This document shows, piece after piece, positions 9,020-15,660 of a stretch of 26,663 bases of DNA (position 1 is its first letter; every line of letters begins with the position of its first letter). A program made the position numbers and the translations under genes. The notes beneath the pieces were generated by a model that saw only the letters and a program-made list of their open reading frames with translations, was not told the DNA's origin and searched no databases. The DNA comes from a virus (lineage: Duplodnaviria; Caudoviricetes), in the IMG/VR virus record IMGVR_UViG_3300037423_001658, positions 1 to 26,663 of that record. One strand, 5' to 3'.

Positions 9020-10476
9020 CAGTTGCTCATCCAGCTAAGGCCGGCGGGGACCGACGAGTTGTAGGGGTCGCGCCACGTATCAGTTTCGCGGCGGCGCTCC
9101 GGGAGCAGATCGAAGGGCACAGCGAACGTGAGTGCGAGCGCGTCGCCGACGTCGGGCGAGCGGACGCCGCGGCGGCGCATCTCCTCCTTCGTCTCCAGAC
9201 GGAGCTTGCCGTTGACGTTCGGCTTTTTCTTGATGACGGTGAGGTCGTCGAACAGCTCGGCATTGTTGGGCAGCTCGACGTTGCCCTCCAGCCAATCCTT
9301 CATCTCGCCCCACATCTCGCAGCGCAGGTTCGAGTAAAGCTCGCGGTTGCCTTCGTTCGGCGAGGCGCCCGTGTTCACGCCCCACACGTTGTCGGCGTAG
9401 CCCATGTCCTCGATAGTCTCGACGACGCCGACGCCCATGCCCAGCTCTTCGACGACGACGTTCGCCTCCAGGCCCTCTTCGCCGCGGTACATCTTGATTT
9501 CTTCGACGATGCCGCGCGCAAAGTCCGTCGTGCGGGACCCGTTCAGGATTTGGATGCGGGAGCTGACCTTCCGGCCGCGTCGCGGCACGAGCACCGACCT
9601 ATCCCCACGACCCACGTCGGCGCCGACGATCAGCGGCCAGCGGTAGAACATGGGAATGTCCCGTTCCTGGGCAGCGGTCACTAGCGCCGGCGAGATGAAC
9701 TGCGTCGCATCCGTGCGCGGCGGGAGCCCAAGGACGCGGATCCGGTACTCGTCGCTGTCCTTGCCGAACTGCCGCTCCATGTCGGCGATGTACCCGGGGT
9801 CCACGAACGGCGACGCGCTGCAGGGGATGACGAAGCTCTTCCAGAAACCGCGCGCTTCGTCGCCTTCCTTGCGCGCCTTCAGCTTCCCGTGGACCGCGTC
9901 GTAGAAATATCCCTCCGTCCGCGTGCTGTTGCCCAGCAGCAGCCAACGGGCGCCGCGCGTCGACATGGCGCCAGCGAACGAGTTGAAGATCGCCCGCGCG
10001 ATCGCCGACGCTTCGTCGAAGACGCCGAGAACGTGGTCTTCGTGCGTGCCGGCGAACGCCTCCGGATTGTGTTCGGACCATGCCAGGGCGACAGCCTGAG
10101 CGGTCGGGTCCTTGAACATCGTGAAGGTCGACTGCTTCCACTCGAACCAATCGCGATTTTTCGCCCGCTGATTGGTCTTATTCAGCTCGCGCCACAGCTT
10201 CGTGGTGAGCTGGTCTTCCGTGTTCGCCGTCGCGACGATTGCCGGATGCGGCCGCGTCGAGATGAACCAATGGATCGCGTCGGCGCCGAGTGCGGTCTTC
10301 CCGATCCCGTGTCCGGTGCCCGCCGCGGTGCGCTTGTTGACGACGATGCTCTTTTCGAGCTCGAGCGTCGCGGGGTTCGGCTTCCGCCCCAAGATGTCGA
10401 GACGGTAGCCCGTGAAATCATCCTTGTACGTCCGGGCAACGTACTCGATGAATTCTGGCGAACAGGCGCCGCTCAC
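9019..10476 (-). CDS. terL: Terminase large subunit (485 aa)
   Basis: Walker A GHGIGKT, Walker B GVFDEAS, LLLGNSTR coupling motif, nuclease GADVG and SPDVGDALALTFA. Likely start is GTG 10476, overlapping the upstream stop (GTGA), not 10851. Confidence 0.93.
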   Translation of the reverse strand: MSGACSPEFIEYVARTYKDDFTGYRLDILGRKPNPATLELEKSIVVNKRTAAGTGHGIGKTALGADAIHWFISTRPHPAIVATANTEDQLTTKLWRELNKTNQRAKNRDWFEWKQSTFTMFKDPTAQAVALAWSEHNPEAFAGTHEDHVLGVFDEASAIARAIFNSFAGAMSTRGARWLLLGNSTRTEGYFYDAVHGKLKARKEGDEARGFWKSFVIPCSASPFVDPGYIADMERQFGKDSDEYRIRVLGLPPRTDATQFISPALVTAAQERDIPMFYRWPLIVGADVGRGDRSVLVPRRGRKVSSRIQILNGSRTTDFARGIVEEIKMYRGEEGLEANVVVEELGMGVGVVETIEDMGYADNVWGVNTGASPNEGNRELYSNLRCEMWGEMKDWLEGNVELPNNAELFDDLTVIKKKPNVNGKLRLETKEEMRRRGVRSPDVGDALALTFAVPFDLLPERRRETDTWRDPYNSSVPAGLSWMSN

Positions 10477-10667
10477 CGCAGGACGTGGTAGGACAGGAGC
10501 GCGGCGCCGCCGATGAACGCGGCGAGTCCGACCACAAGGACGATGCAGCCCTGACTTGTCGCCTTGTCGCCGCCAGCTGGGTCGTCGGACATGCCTCCGG
10601 CGAAGATCATCAGCGCGCCTATGCCCGCGACCGCGAGCCCGACGATAAGCAGAAATCCCCCCAGCAT
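10473..10667 (-). CDS. Small two-TM membrane protein (64 aa)
   Basis: Two hydrophobic segments separated by GGMSDDPAGG; stop overlaps the terL start. Confidence 0.7.
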   Translation of the reverse strand: MLGGFLLIVGLAVAGIGALMIFAGGMSDDPAGGDKATSQGCIVLVVGLAAFIGGAALLSYHVLR

Positions 10668-10703
10668 GTCGCAGCCCCCCGGCATTGCGTGACGGGCGCT
10701 TGG

Positions 10704-10931
10704 TCAGCCCGTGGGTGCATAAAATACCCACTTCGCGCAAAATGACAACGCCCGCTGCCGCGAGGCTTCGTCGCCGTAGCTGTGCGCCACGCCCGCCACC
10801 TGCCGCTGCCCGTCGAAAAGATGCGCGCTCGCGAACCGCTTTCCCGGCCACGACGGGCCCGCGTCGCGATCGTCGAACTCTAGCCGCAAGCCGTTCCGCG
10901 CGGCGCGAGCTTCAGCTTCGGCGACGGTCAA
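10704..10931 (-). CDS. Hypothetical protein (75 aa)
   Basis: TTG start with a purine-rich upstream region; fills the gap in a co-oriented gene chain. Confidence 0.5.
   Translation of the reverse strand: MTVAEAEARAARNGLRLEFDDRDAGPSWPGKRFASAHLFDGQRQVAGVAHSYGDEASRQRALSFCAKWVFYAPTG
10713..10729. promoter_or_regulatory. Putative CI operator upstream of terL (GGGTGCATAAAATACCC)
   Basis: Matches the 17-bp GGGTA-N7-TACCC sites that flank cI. Confidence 0.6.
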
Positions 10932-11223
10932 TTTCCGCCTTCAGCTCGGCGAGCTTGGCCGGGTGCATGACGATATGGACCACTCCGTCTCGCTCAAACT
11001 GGACTGCCTTTTCGGCGGGCAGGTAGTAGGTCCGAATGCGTTGCGGGTGCCCCTGGCGGCGACGTCGCGCGGCGCGAGACGGCGAGCGCACTTCCGACCA
11101 ATCCTCGAACGGGCCGTCGAGGAGATGCGGGTTGGAGTGCAACTGCAGGCCCGGCACGGCTTTCGCCCAGCGCGACAAGTAACCCAGCTTGTCGAGCGTG
11201 AGGACGTCCTCGTCGGGCTTCAC
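10912..11223 (-). CDS. Hypothetical phage protein (103 aa)
   Basis: GTGA-coupled to the upstream gene; EDWSEVRSPSRAARRRRQGH basic motif. Confidence 0.7.
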   Translation of the reverse strand: MKPDEDVLTLDKLGYLSRWAKAVPGLQLHSNPHLLDGPFEDWSEVRSPSRAARRRRQGHPQRIRTYYLPAEKAVQFERDGVVHIVMHPAKLAELKAEIDRRRS

Positions 11224-11450
11224 GGGTTGTCCTTCCAGTCGCGCAGGCCCTCGACGGCCAGCGTCTCCCAGCCGGGCGCGAAGGCCACGCGGACCGCGTG
11301 CGTGCGCCGGCCAGGGACGCGAACGGCGACCCCAATCTTCCGCTCGGCGTCGTACGTGACGAACGTGACGTTCGTCTTCCCCGGCTCCGCGATCCCAAGC
11401 TCGCGCTCGAAGAAGTCGACGTAGCTCTCCATCGGCATCGCGGCGGTCAT
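11220..11450 (-). CDS. Hypothetical protein (76 aa)
   Basis: Overlapping start/stop coupling on both sides. Confidence 0.65.
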   Translation of the reverse strand: MTAAMPMESYVDFFERELGIAEPGKTNVTFVTYDAERKIGVAVRVPGRRTHAVRVAFAPGWETLAVEGLRDWKDNP

Positions 11451-11653
11451 GCGTAAGGCCCTATCCCGGCCATTTCGCGAAACACCGTCCGCGTGTCAGC
11501 CTCCGCGCAGGAGAACTGCTCCTCCGCGTTCGCGAACCTTTCCTGCGCGGCTCTCAGCGCCTCGCGCGCATCCTGTCGCTCCGTGAACGCGTCGCCCAGT
11601 CGCGAGACCGCCTGTTCAATCTTTTTGCGTTCCTCAGCGGTCATCTCTCGCAT
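11447..11653 (-). CDS. Hypothetical coiled-coil protein (68 aa)
   Basis: ATG 11653 (MREMTAEERKK) is preceded by ACAGCCAAGGAG. The ORF-track extension to 11956 overlaps terS and is unlikely. Confidence 0.7.
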   Translation of the reverse strand: MREMTAEERKKIEQAVSRLGDAFTERQDAREALRAAQERFANAEEQFSCAEADTRTVFREMAGIGPYA

Positions 11654-12377
11654 CGTCTTCTCCTTGGCTGTCGAACGGATTGCCGAACGGGTCGCGCGGC
11701 CGCTCGATCGGCACGCGCTCGGAAACATCGGAAATCGGAGGGCGCGCGGATTGGGACACAGGTACGGGACAGGTACCGGCGCCGGGACCCTGAAGCTGAT
11801 CCCCCCCCGGGGGGTCGTCCGCCGGAGGCAATGCCAGCGCCTCAATCGTCCGCAAATCCTCTTGCAACGTGTCCGACATTGCGGGCGGAATGTCGGACAA
11901 TCGGGCCTGTCGCGCTTGGTGCACGCTCTCAATGATCGCTTGCGCTTGCTGCCCATTGACCGCGACGCCGACGTTGACCTGAACGCCAGGGCCGCGCGGC
12001 ATGAGCCCGGTCAATTCTACCAATGAATTCGCGGCCTTAATGCGGTCTTTGCGTAGCGCTTCGGTGTCGCCAGCTATCTCGACAAGCGTGCGGATCGCGA
12101 CCGGCAAACAGGCGTGGGCGAAGGTCGAGCAGCGCGCCAGGATCGCATCGCCGACGCGCTTGCGGCACAGCATTCTGGACGCTTCGACGTGGGCCGATCC
12201 ATCGGGACAGCCAGCTTCGAGGGCGGCTTCGCGAGCCTTTCCACCGTTGCCGATGAACGCGTCCACGAAAATTCGCTCGCGCTCGCTGAGGGCGGACGTG
12301 CCACTTACACTGCCCGTCGCCTCTTGTGTCTCATTCACGGTCGCAATGGCGCGGCTTATCTCCATCGTCGTGGGCAT
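11634..12377 (-). CDS. terS: Terminase small subunit with a long disordered C-terminal tail
   Basis: LSERERIFVDAFIGNGGKAREAALEAG...ASRML.RKRV matches the Terminase_2 HTH pattern; RIKAANSL oligomerisation segment. Start uncertain (12365-12386). Confidence 0.8.
   Translation of the reverse strand: MPTTMEISRAIATVNETQEATGSVSGTSALSERERIFVDAFIGNGGKAREAALEAGCPDGSAHVEASRMLCRKRVGDAILARCSTFAHACLPVAIRTLVEIAGDTEALRKDRIKAANSLVELTGLMPRGPGVQVNVGVAVNGQQAQAIIESVHQARQARLSDIPPAMSDTLQEDLRTIEALALPPADDPPGGDQLQGPGAGTCPVPVSQSARPPISDVSERVPIERPRDPFGNPFDSQGEDDARDDR
11870..11899. repeat. Perfect 11-bp inverted repeat TGTCCGACATT-N8-AATGTCGGACA inside terS
   Basis: Read directly; each arm contains a TGTCnGACA palindrome. 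Confidence 0.85.
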
Positions 12378-12405
12378 CTCACGCACCCAATGCGACGGTC
12401 AATGC

Positions 12406-12537
12406 TGTAACCGAACGTAACCCGAATTTCCCTAGAGACAGTCTAACAATTAAATGTGTCTGACATACCACTATATATGTCCGACAAATTTAAACTCTGT
12501 ATGCTCTCTAGGGAATTCAGGGTTACACTCGGTTACA
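12406..12537. repeat. 33-bp imperfect inverted repeat around a 66-bp AT-rich core; putative replication origin
   Basis: Arms 12406-12438 and 12505-12537, each with two GTAACC units; core is about 33% GC. Confidence 0.7.
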
Positions 12538-12991
12538 AAAGCAGCCAGACAGGCAGGTCTTCAGCACCTTGCTTGCGCTCGATCTTGAGTTCCCAGCCGA
12601 GTTCAGCGAGCACCATTTCGACGCCTTTGCGCTGGCCGATTTGGGCTGTGGTCGGATCAATTTGCAGCGCGTTCTCAAGCACTTCGTCAACGGTGACGCG
12701 GTCGCGGCCGGACAGCCAAGGCTCGACCGCTCGCCGGTATGGATGCTCGCCTTCATGTTGGTGCGCGACCACGCGCGGACGGCCTCGCGGAGTGACGTGA
12801 ACGATTTCCGGCGCGTCGTCTTTGTCCTGGACGAGCGCCAGTGGCGGCAGTGAGGGCTTCTCAGCGACCCAGCGCTTCAGGATTTTCGTTATGAGTGAGG
12901 AGGTTGAGCGGTCATCGGCCACCGCATACGCCTCCAGCGAGCGCTTCAGCTCGCGATTGATCCGAATTGAGATCGTGGCGTCTTGGCTCAT
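12533..12991 (-). CDS. Ribbon-helix-helix protein fused to a paralogue of the VapE helicase C-terminal domain (152 aa)
   Basis: Start ATG 12991 with SD AGGAG. ATISIRINRELKRSLEAYAVADDRSTSSLITKIL is an Arc/CopG-like RHH. The C-terminus aligns by eye with the end of the 764-aa protein. Confidence 0.8.
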   Translation of the reverse strand: MSQDATISIRINRELKRSLEAYAVADDRSTSSLITKILKRWVAEKPSLPPLALVQDKDDAPEIVHVTPRGRPRVVAHQHEGEHPYRRAVEPWLSGRDRVTVDEVLENALQIDPTTAQIGQRKGVEMVLAELGWELKIERKQGAEDLPVWLLL

Positions 12992-13017
12992 GGTCGTTCG
13001 CTCCTGTTGTGCCGCGT

Positions 13018-13047
13018 TGTAATACATTGACGCACAAACGACTGCAA
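13018..13047 (-). promoter_or_regulatory. Putative leftward promoter of the RHH gene (TTGCAG-N17-TATTAC) overlapped by palindrome TGTAATACA
   Basis: Canonical spacing; the palindrome at 13018-13026 covers the -10 element. Confidence 0.55.
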
Positions 13048-13054
13048 TGAGCGC

Positions 13055-13083
13055 TTGACTTGCGTGGGTATAAAATGTACCCG
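13055..13083 (+). promoter_or_regulatory. Rightward promoter TTGACT with putative CI operator GGGTATAAAATGTACCC (13066-13082)
   Basis: Same TTGAC + 5 nt + operator geometry as the promoter at 21712. Confidence 0.75.
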
Positions 13084-13133
13084 TGAGCGCTGGGCGTGTA
13101 ATGCGCCCGCTCACAGCCAAGGAGTGAAACCCG

Positions 13134-13421
13134 ATGCCAAAGACAGTCATCGAAGTGCAGACGAAAGGCGACGCCTCGACCATGCCGGGAGGGATCGCGC
13201 TGCGTGCCCATCCGGGCGGCGGGTCGTTCATGGTTCAGGACTTCTACTTCCAGCGCGACGGAGAGCGCACCTACAGCTGCGGAGCCTATGACCTGACGCT
13301 GGTCGAAGCTCTGGAGGAGTTCCACCGTCGAGCAAAGCGCGCCGAGCGATACGACGCAGGTGGCGCGCTGCTGCCGGAGACGGTGTCAGGCCGCGAGATG
13401 CCGCAACAGGTGACAGCATGA
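13134..13421 (+). CDS. Hypothetical early protein (95 aa)
   Basis: Preceded by promoter, hairpin and ACAGCCAAGGAG. Confidence 0.8.
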   Translation: MPKTVIEVQTKGDASTMPGGIALRAHPGGGSFMVQDFYFQRDGERTYSCGAYDLTLVEALEEFHRRAKRAERYDAGGALLPETVSGREMPQQVTA

Positions 13422-13591
13422 GCGCCGCCTTTGCACCGCGCGAAGTCAGCGCCGCCGTGGAGCTGATCCGCGACGCGCTGGGCGAGCGCTTCAGCTGCAA
13501 CGCCGTCCGCATCGTGAGCGATGACGAAATCGCAATCGAAGACGACGCGGGCGAGGATTGGTGCATCATCGTGCGGGAGCCGGGAGCATGA
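13418..13591 (+). CDS. Small acidic hypothetical protein (57 aa)
   Basis: Not in the ORF track; ATGA-coupled at both ends; MSAAFAPREVSAAVELIRDALGERFSCNAVRIVSDDEIAIEDDAGEDWCIIVREPGA. Confidence 0.7.
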   Translation: MSAAFAPREVSAAVELIRDALGERFSCNAVRIVSDDEIAIEDDAGEDWCIIVREPGA

Positions 13592-13776
13592 GCGCGCGCC
13601 TCGCGTCGCTCCAGATGAGCGTTGGCCGCGATTACGAGACGGCCACCCGCTACGAATTCGTTCTGTACGATGACGATCGCGTGATTGCTCGCGCGGGCGG
13701 GTTCGCATCGCGCCACCAAGCCGCGAAGGGAGGCCGCTGGAAAGCTCAGCAGCTGCTCAACGGTGGCCGCGCATGA
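13588..13776 (+). CDS. Hypothetical protein (62 aa)
   Basis: ATGA-coupled start at 13588 (MSARLASLQ...), SD GGGAG. Confidence 0.7.
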   Translation: MSARLASLQMSVGRDYETATRYEFVLYDDDRVIARAGGFASRHQAAKGGRWKAQQLLNGGRA

Positions 13777-14000
13777 CCGCCCGTCAACGCCGTGCCGCAT
13801 GGCTCGAAGCGGCAAACGAGCGTCGCCAGCGCGAGGCGCGAACCGTCGCAATAGCGTCGTTCGTCATCTTCGCACTCGCGTTCGGCTTCGGCCTGGGGCT
13901 CACCACGGTCGAGGGCGTGAACGAGGTTTTCCCGGTCATGCTCACGGTCGTTGCGTTCTGCGCGCTCGTCCTGGGCGTCGCCGCGGCCGGAGAAGCCTGA
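13773..14000 (+). CDS. Small two-TM membrane protein (75 aa)
   Basis: Basic N-terminus followed by two hydrophobic helices; ATGA coupling. Confidence 0.75.
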   Translation: MTARQRRAAWLEAANERRQREARTVAIASFVIFALAFGFGLGLTTVEGVNEVFPVMLTVVAFCALVLGVAAAGEA

Positions 14001-14075
14001 AACTGACGCGCTCTGGCGGGCCGGTGCGATCGACCCGCCTAACCGCATCAGCGGACCACAGCCAGGAGAACGAGA

Positions 14076-14426
14076 ATGCAAATTCTCATCACCAAGGAAA
14101 TCAACGCGCAGCTGCTCGCGAACGGCCAGCGGGCGCTAGAGGGCAAAGACACCAGCAACACCAAGCCGGTGCTGAAGCTGTTCAACCCATGCGGCGGCGC
14201 CACGTGGCTAATCAGCGAGCGCGATCCTGAAGAGCCGGACCTGTTGTTCGGGCTTTGCGACCTTGGGTTCGGATGCCCTGAGATTGGCCGCGTGTCGCTC
14301 GCCGAGATTGAGGCGCTGCGCCTTCCGTTCGGCCTTCGGATTGAGCGGGACATTCATTTCAAGGCGACGAAGACGCTCATCGAATACGCCGACGAAGCGC
14401 GGGCGAAGGGGAGCATCGCCGCCTGA
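14076..14426 (+). CDS. DUF2958 family protein (116 aa)
   Basis: KLFNPCGGATWLISE..P...LFGLCDLGFGCPE.G.VSL.E...GL.IERD.HF signature. Confidence 0.88.
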   Translation: MQILITKEINAQLLANGQRALEGKDTSNTKPVLKLFNPCGGATWLISERDPEEPDLLFGLCDLGFGCPEIGRVSLAEIEALRLPFGLRIERDIHFKATKTLIEYADEARAKGSIAA

Positions 14427-14505
14427 CTGCAACCCCAGCGGGCGACGTCAGAGGTCGCCCGCTCAAGATGCAGCCACGCATCGCCCACAGCCAGGGAGCA
14501 ACACG

Positions 14506-14781
14506 ATGACAGTCGAGGAATTCTGGAACGACCACCAATGGGTCAGCACTTGCGGAGTGTGCGGGGAGCGGATCGAAGGCAACCCGCCGCGTCCGACGGA
14601 CAGCAAGGGCATCTACGACGAGGCCGGTTGCCGCCACGCCAGTTGCATGCGGACCAGCGACCGCCACCGCCAAGAAATCGAGCTCCGGCTTAAGTCGCCC
14701 AAGCGCCCAGGCGCGGTCGACGCCCAGGACGTCAATCACCTGCCGCTGTTCGTCGCTGCGAACGAGCCGACGCTGCTATGA
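14506..14781 (+). CDS. Hypothetical protein with probable Zn-binding motif (91 aa)
   Basis: ATG 14506 after ACAGCCAGGGAG; CGVC...CRHASC; ends LPLF...LL. Confidence 0.7.
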   Translation: MTVEEFWNDHQWVSTCGVCGERIEGNPPRPTDSKGIYDEAGCRHASCMRTSDRHRQEIELRLKSPKRPGAVDAQDVNHLPLFVAANEPTLL

Positions 14782-15014
14782 CCCGCTCCAGCAAACGCGA
14801 GGTCCGCAACCCGATCCTGGCGCTACCGAGCGCCAAGCGCATCGAGGAGCTGTCCCCGCTCAACCGTGCGGCGCTGCGTGGCGTGCTGCTCGACATCGCC
14901 CAGGACGCGCGCCAGCGGGCAGACAAATGCTGGCGAACGCACAAGGCACCAATGGCCGCTTACTGGAAGGCGGTCAGCGTCTATGCGGGACACATCGCGC
15001 GGGTGCTGAAGTGA
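14778..15014 (+). CDS. Hypothetical basic helical protein (78 aa)
   Basis: ATGA coupling; W.THKAPMAAYWKAVSVYAGHIAR segment. Confidence 0.75.
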   Translation: MTRSSKREVRNPILALPSAKRIEELSPLNRAALRGVLLDIAQDARQRADKCWRTHKAPMAAYWKAVSVYAGHIARVLK

Positions 15015-15122
15015 CCCGCACGGACCAGCGACCGCAGCCGACTCCAACAATTGTTGTTGCATTCGTGCACTGTCCCGTTTCGAGCCGACGAACGGGTCCT
15101 TTACGTCGATCAATGACATGGT

Positions 15123-15139
15123 TGGTTCATAATATACCC
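15123..15139. promoter_or_regulatory. Putative CI operator (TGGTTCATAATATACCC)
   Basis: Degenerate match to the 17-bp consensus in an AT-rich intergenic region. Confidence 0.55.
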
Positions 15140-15179
15140 GCCATGAAACCGGCGCTCGGGGAAAGGACGAAAAACGCAA

Positions 15180-15395
15180 ATGGTTCATACGGTTATCAGT
15201 CAATTAAGCACGCTGGACCGGCCACAGCTGGAGCAGGTAATCAGCGAATTAGTGATTATGGCGGGAATGACCCCGCTGAAGCAGCTGGCTATGCCGCCGG
15301 CGGTGGAGGGAGTGCCGTGGACAGAGTGTTGGGAACGTGGACTAGACCGGATCGAGCGGCTGGGTCGGAAAGCCGCCTATCACCGCGCCGCGTAG
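15180..15395 (+). CDS. Hypothetical protein (71 aa)
   Basis: AAGGA upstream; follows an operator-like site; locally lower GC. Confidence 0.55.
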   Translation: MVHTVISQLSTLDRPQLEQVISELVIMAGMTPLKQLAMPPAVEGVPWTECWERGLDRIERLGRKAAYHRAA

Positions 15396-15532
15396 AGCCG
15401 CCACGCGGCGAGGCCCAGCGGCAGGATCGCGAGGGCCGACGCTGTAGGGCTCCGCGTCAGCAGCGAGACGACGCACGCAGCGATGCCGATGCAGACAAGC
15501 GCCAGCGCCAGGTTGCGTTCGGTCGGGTCCAT
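15380..15532 (-). CDS. Small hydrophobic membrane protein (50 aa)
   Basis: Not in the ORF track; MDPTERNLALALVCIGIAACVVSLLTRSPTASALAILPLGLAAWRLYAAR; GCTATAGG -10-like element just upstream. Confidence 0.55.
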   Translation of the reverse strand: MDPTERNLALALVCIGIAACVVSLLTRSPTASALAILPLGLAAWRLYAAR

Positions 15533-15603
15533 CGGCGCGCGCCTATAGCCGCATCCGGCGATTTCGTGTAGAGGGCCAAACGGACTTCACTGGCTGTGAA
15601 GGG

Positions 15604-15636
15604 GAAGCCCGCCGGGGAAACTCGGCGGGTTTCTTT
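15604..15636. terminator. Rho-independent terminator, probably bidirectional
   Basis: GAAGCCCGCCGGG-GAAA-CTCGGCGGGTTTC followed by TTT, between converging transcription units. Confidence 0.8.
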
Positions 15637-15660
15637 ATGCACGGACCAGGGAGCGCCGGA

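Noticed and set aside
10477-10851. N-terminal 125-aa extension of TerL in the ORF track
   Set aside because: Low-complexity Arg-rich sequence overlapping two better ORFs; the GTGA-coupled start at 10476 fits better
11801-11814. Programmed frameshift or phase variation at the C8G6 tract in terS
   Set aside because: The frame stays open through the tract and no alternative product is supported; kept only as a possible DNA signal
12406-12537. Protelomerase target or MITE/IS ends
   Set aside because: The arms are imperfect and separated by 66 bp, no target duplication is visible, and no protelomerase or transposase is in the window
13113-14498. CRISPR-like array formed by ACAGCCAAGGAG repeats
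   Set aside because: The repeats are only 12 bp, irregularly spaced by whole genes and tied to start codons
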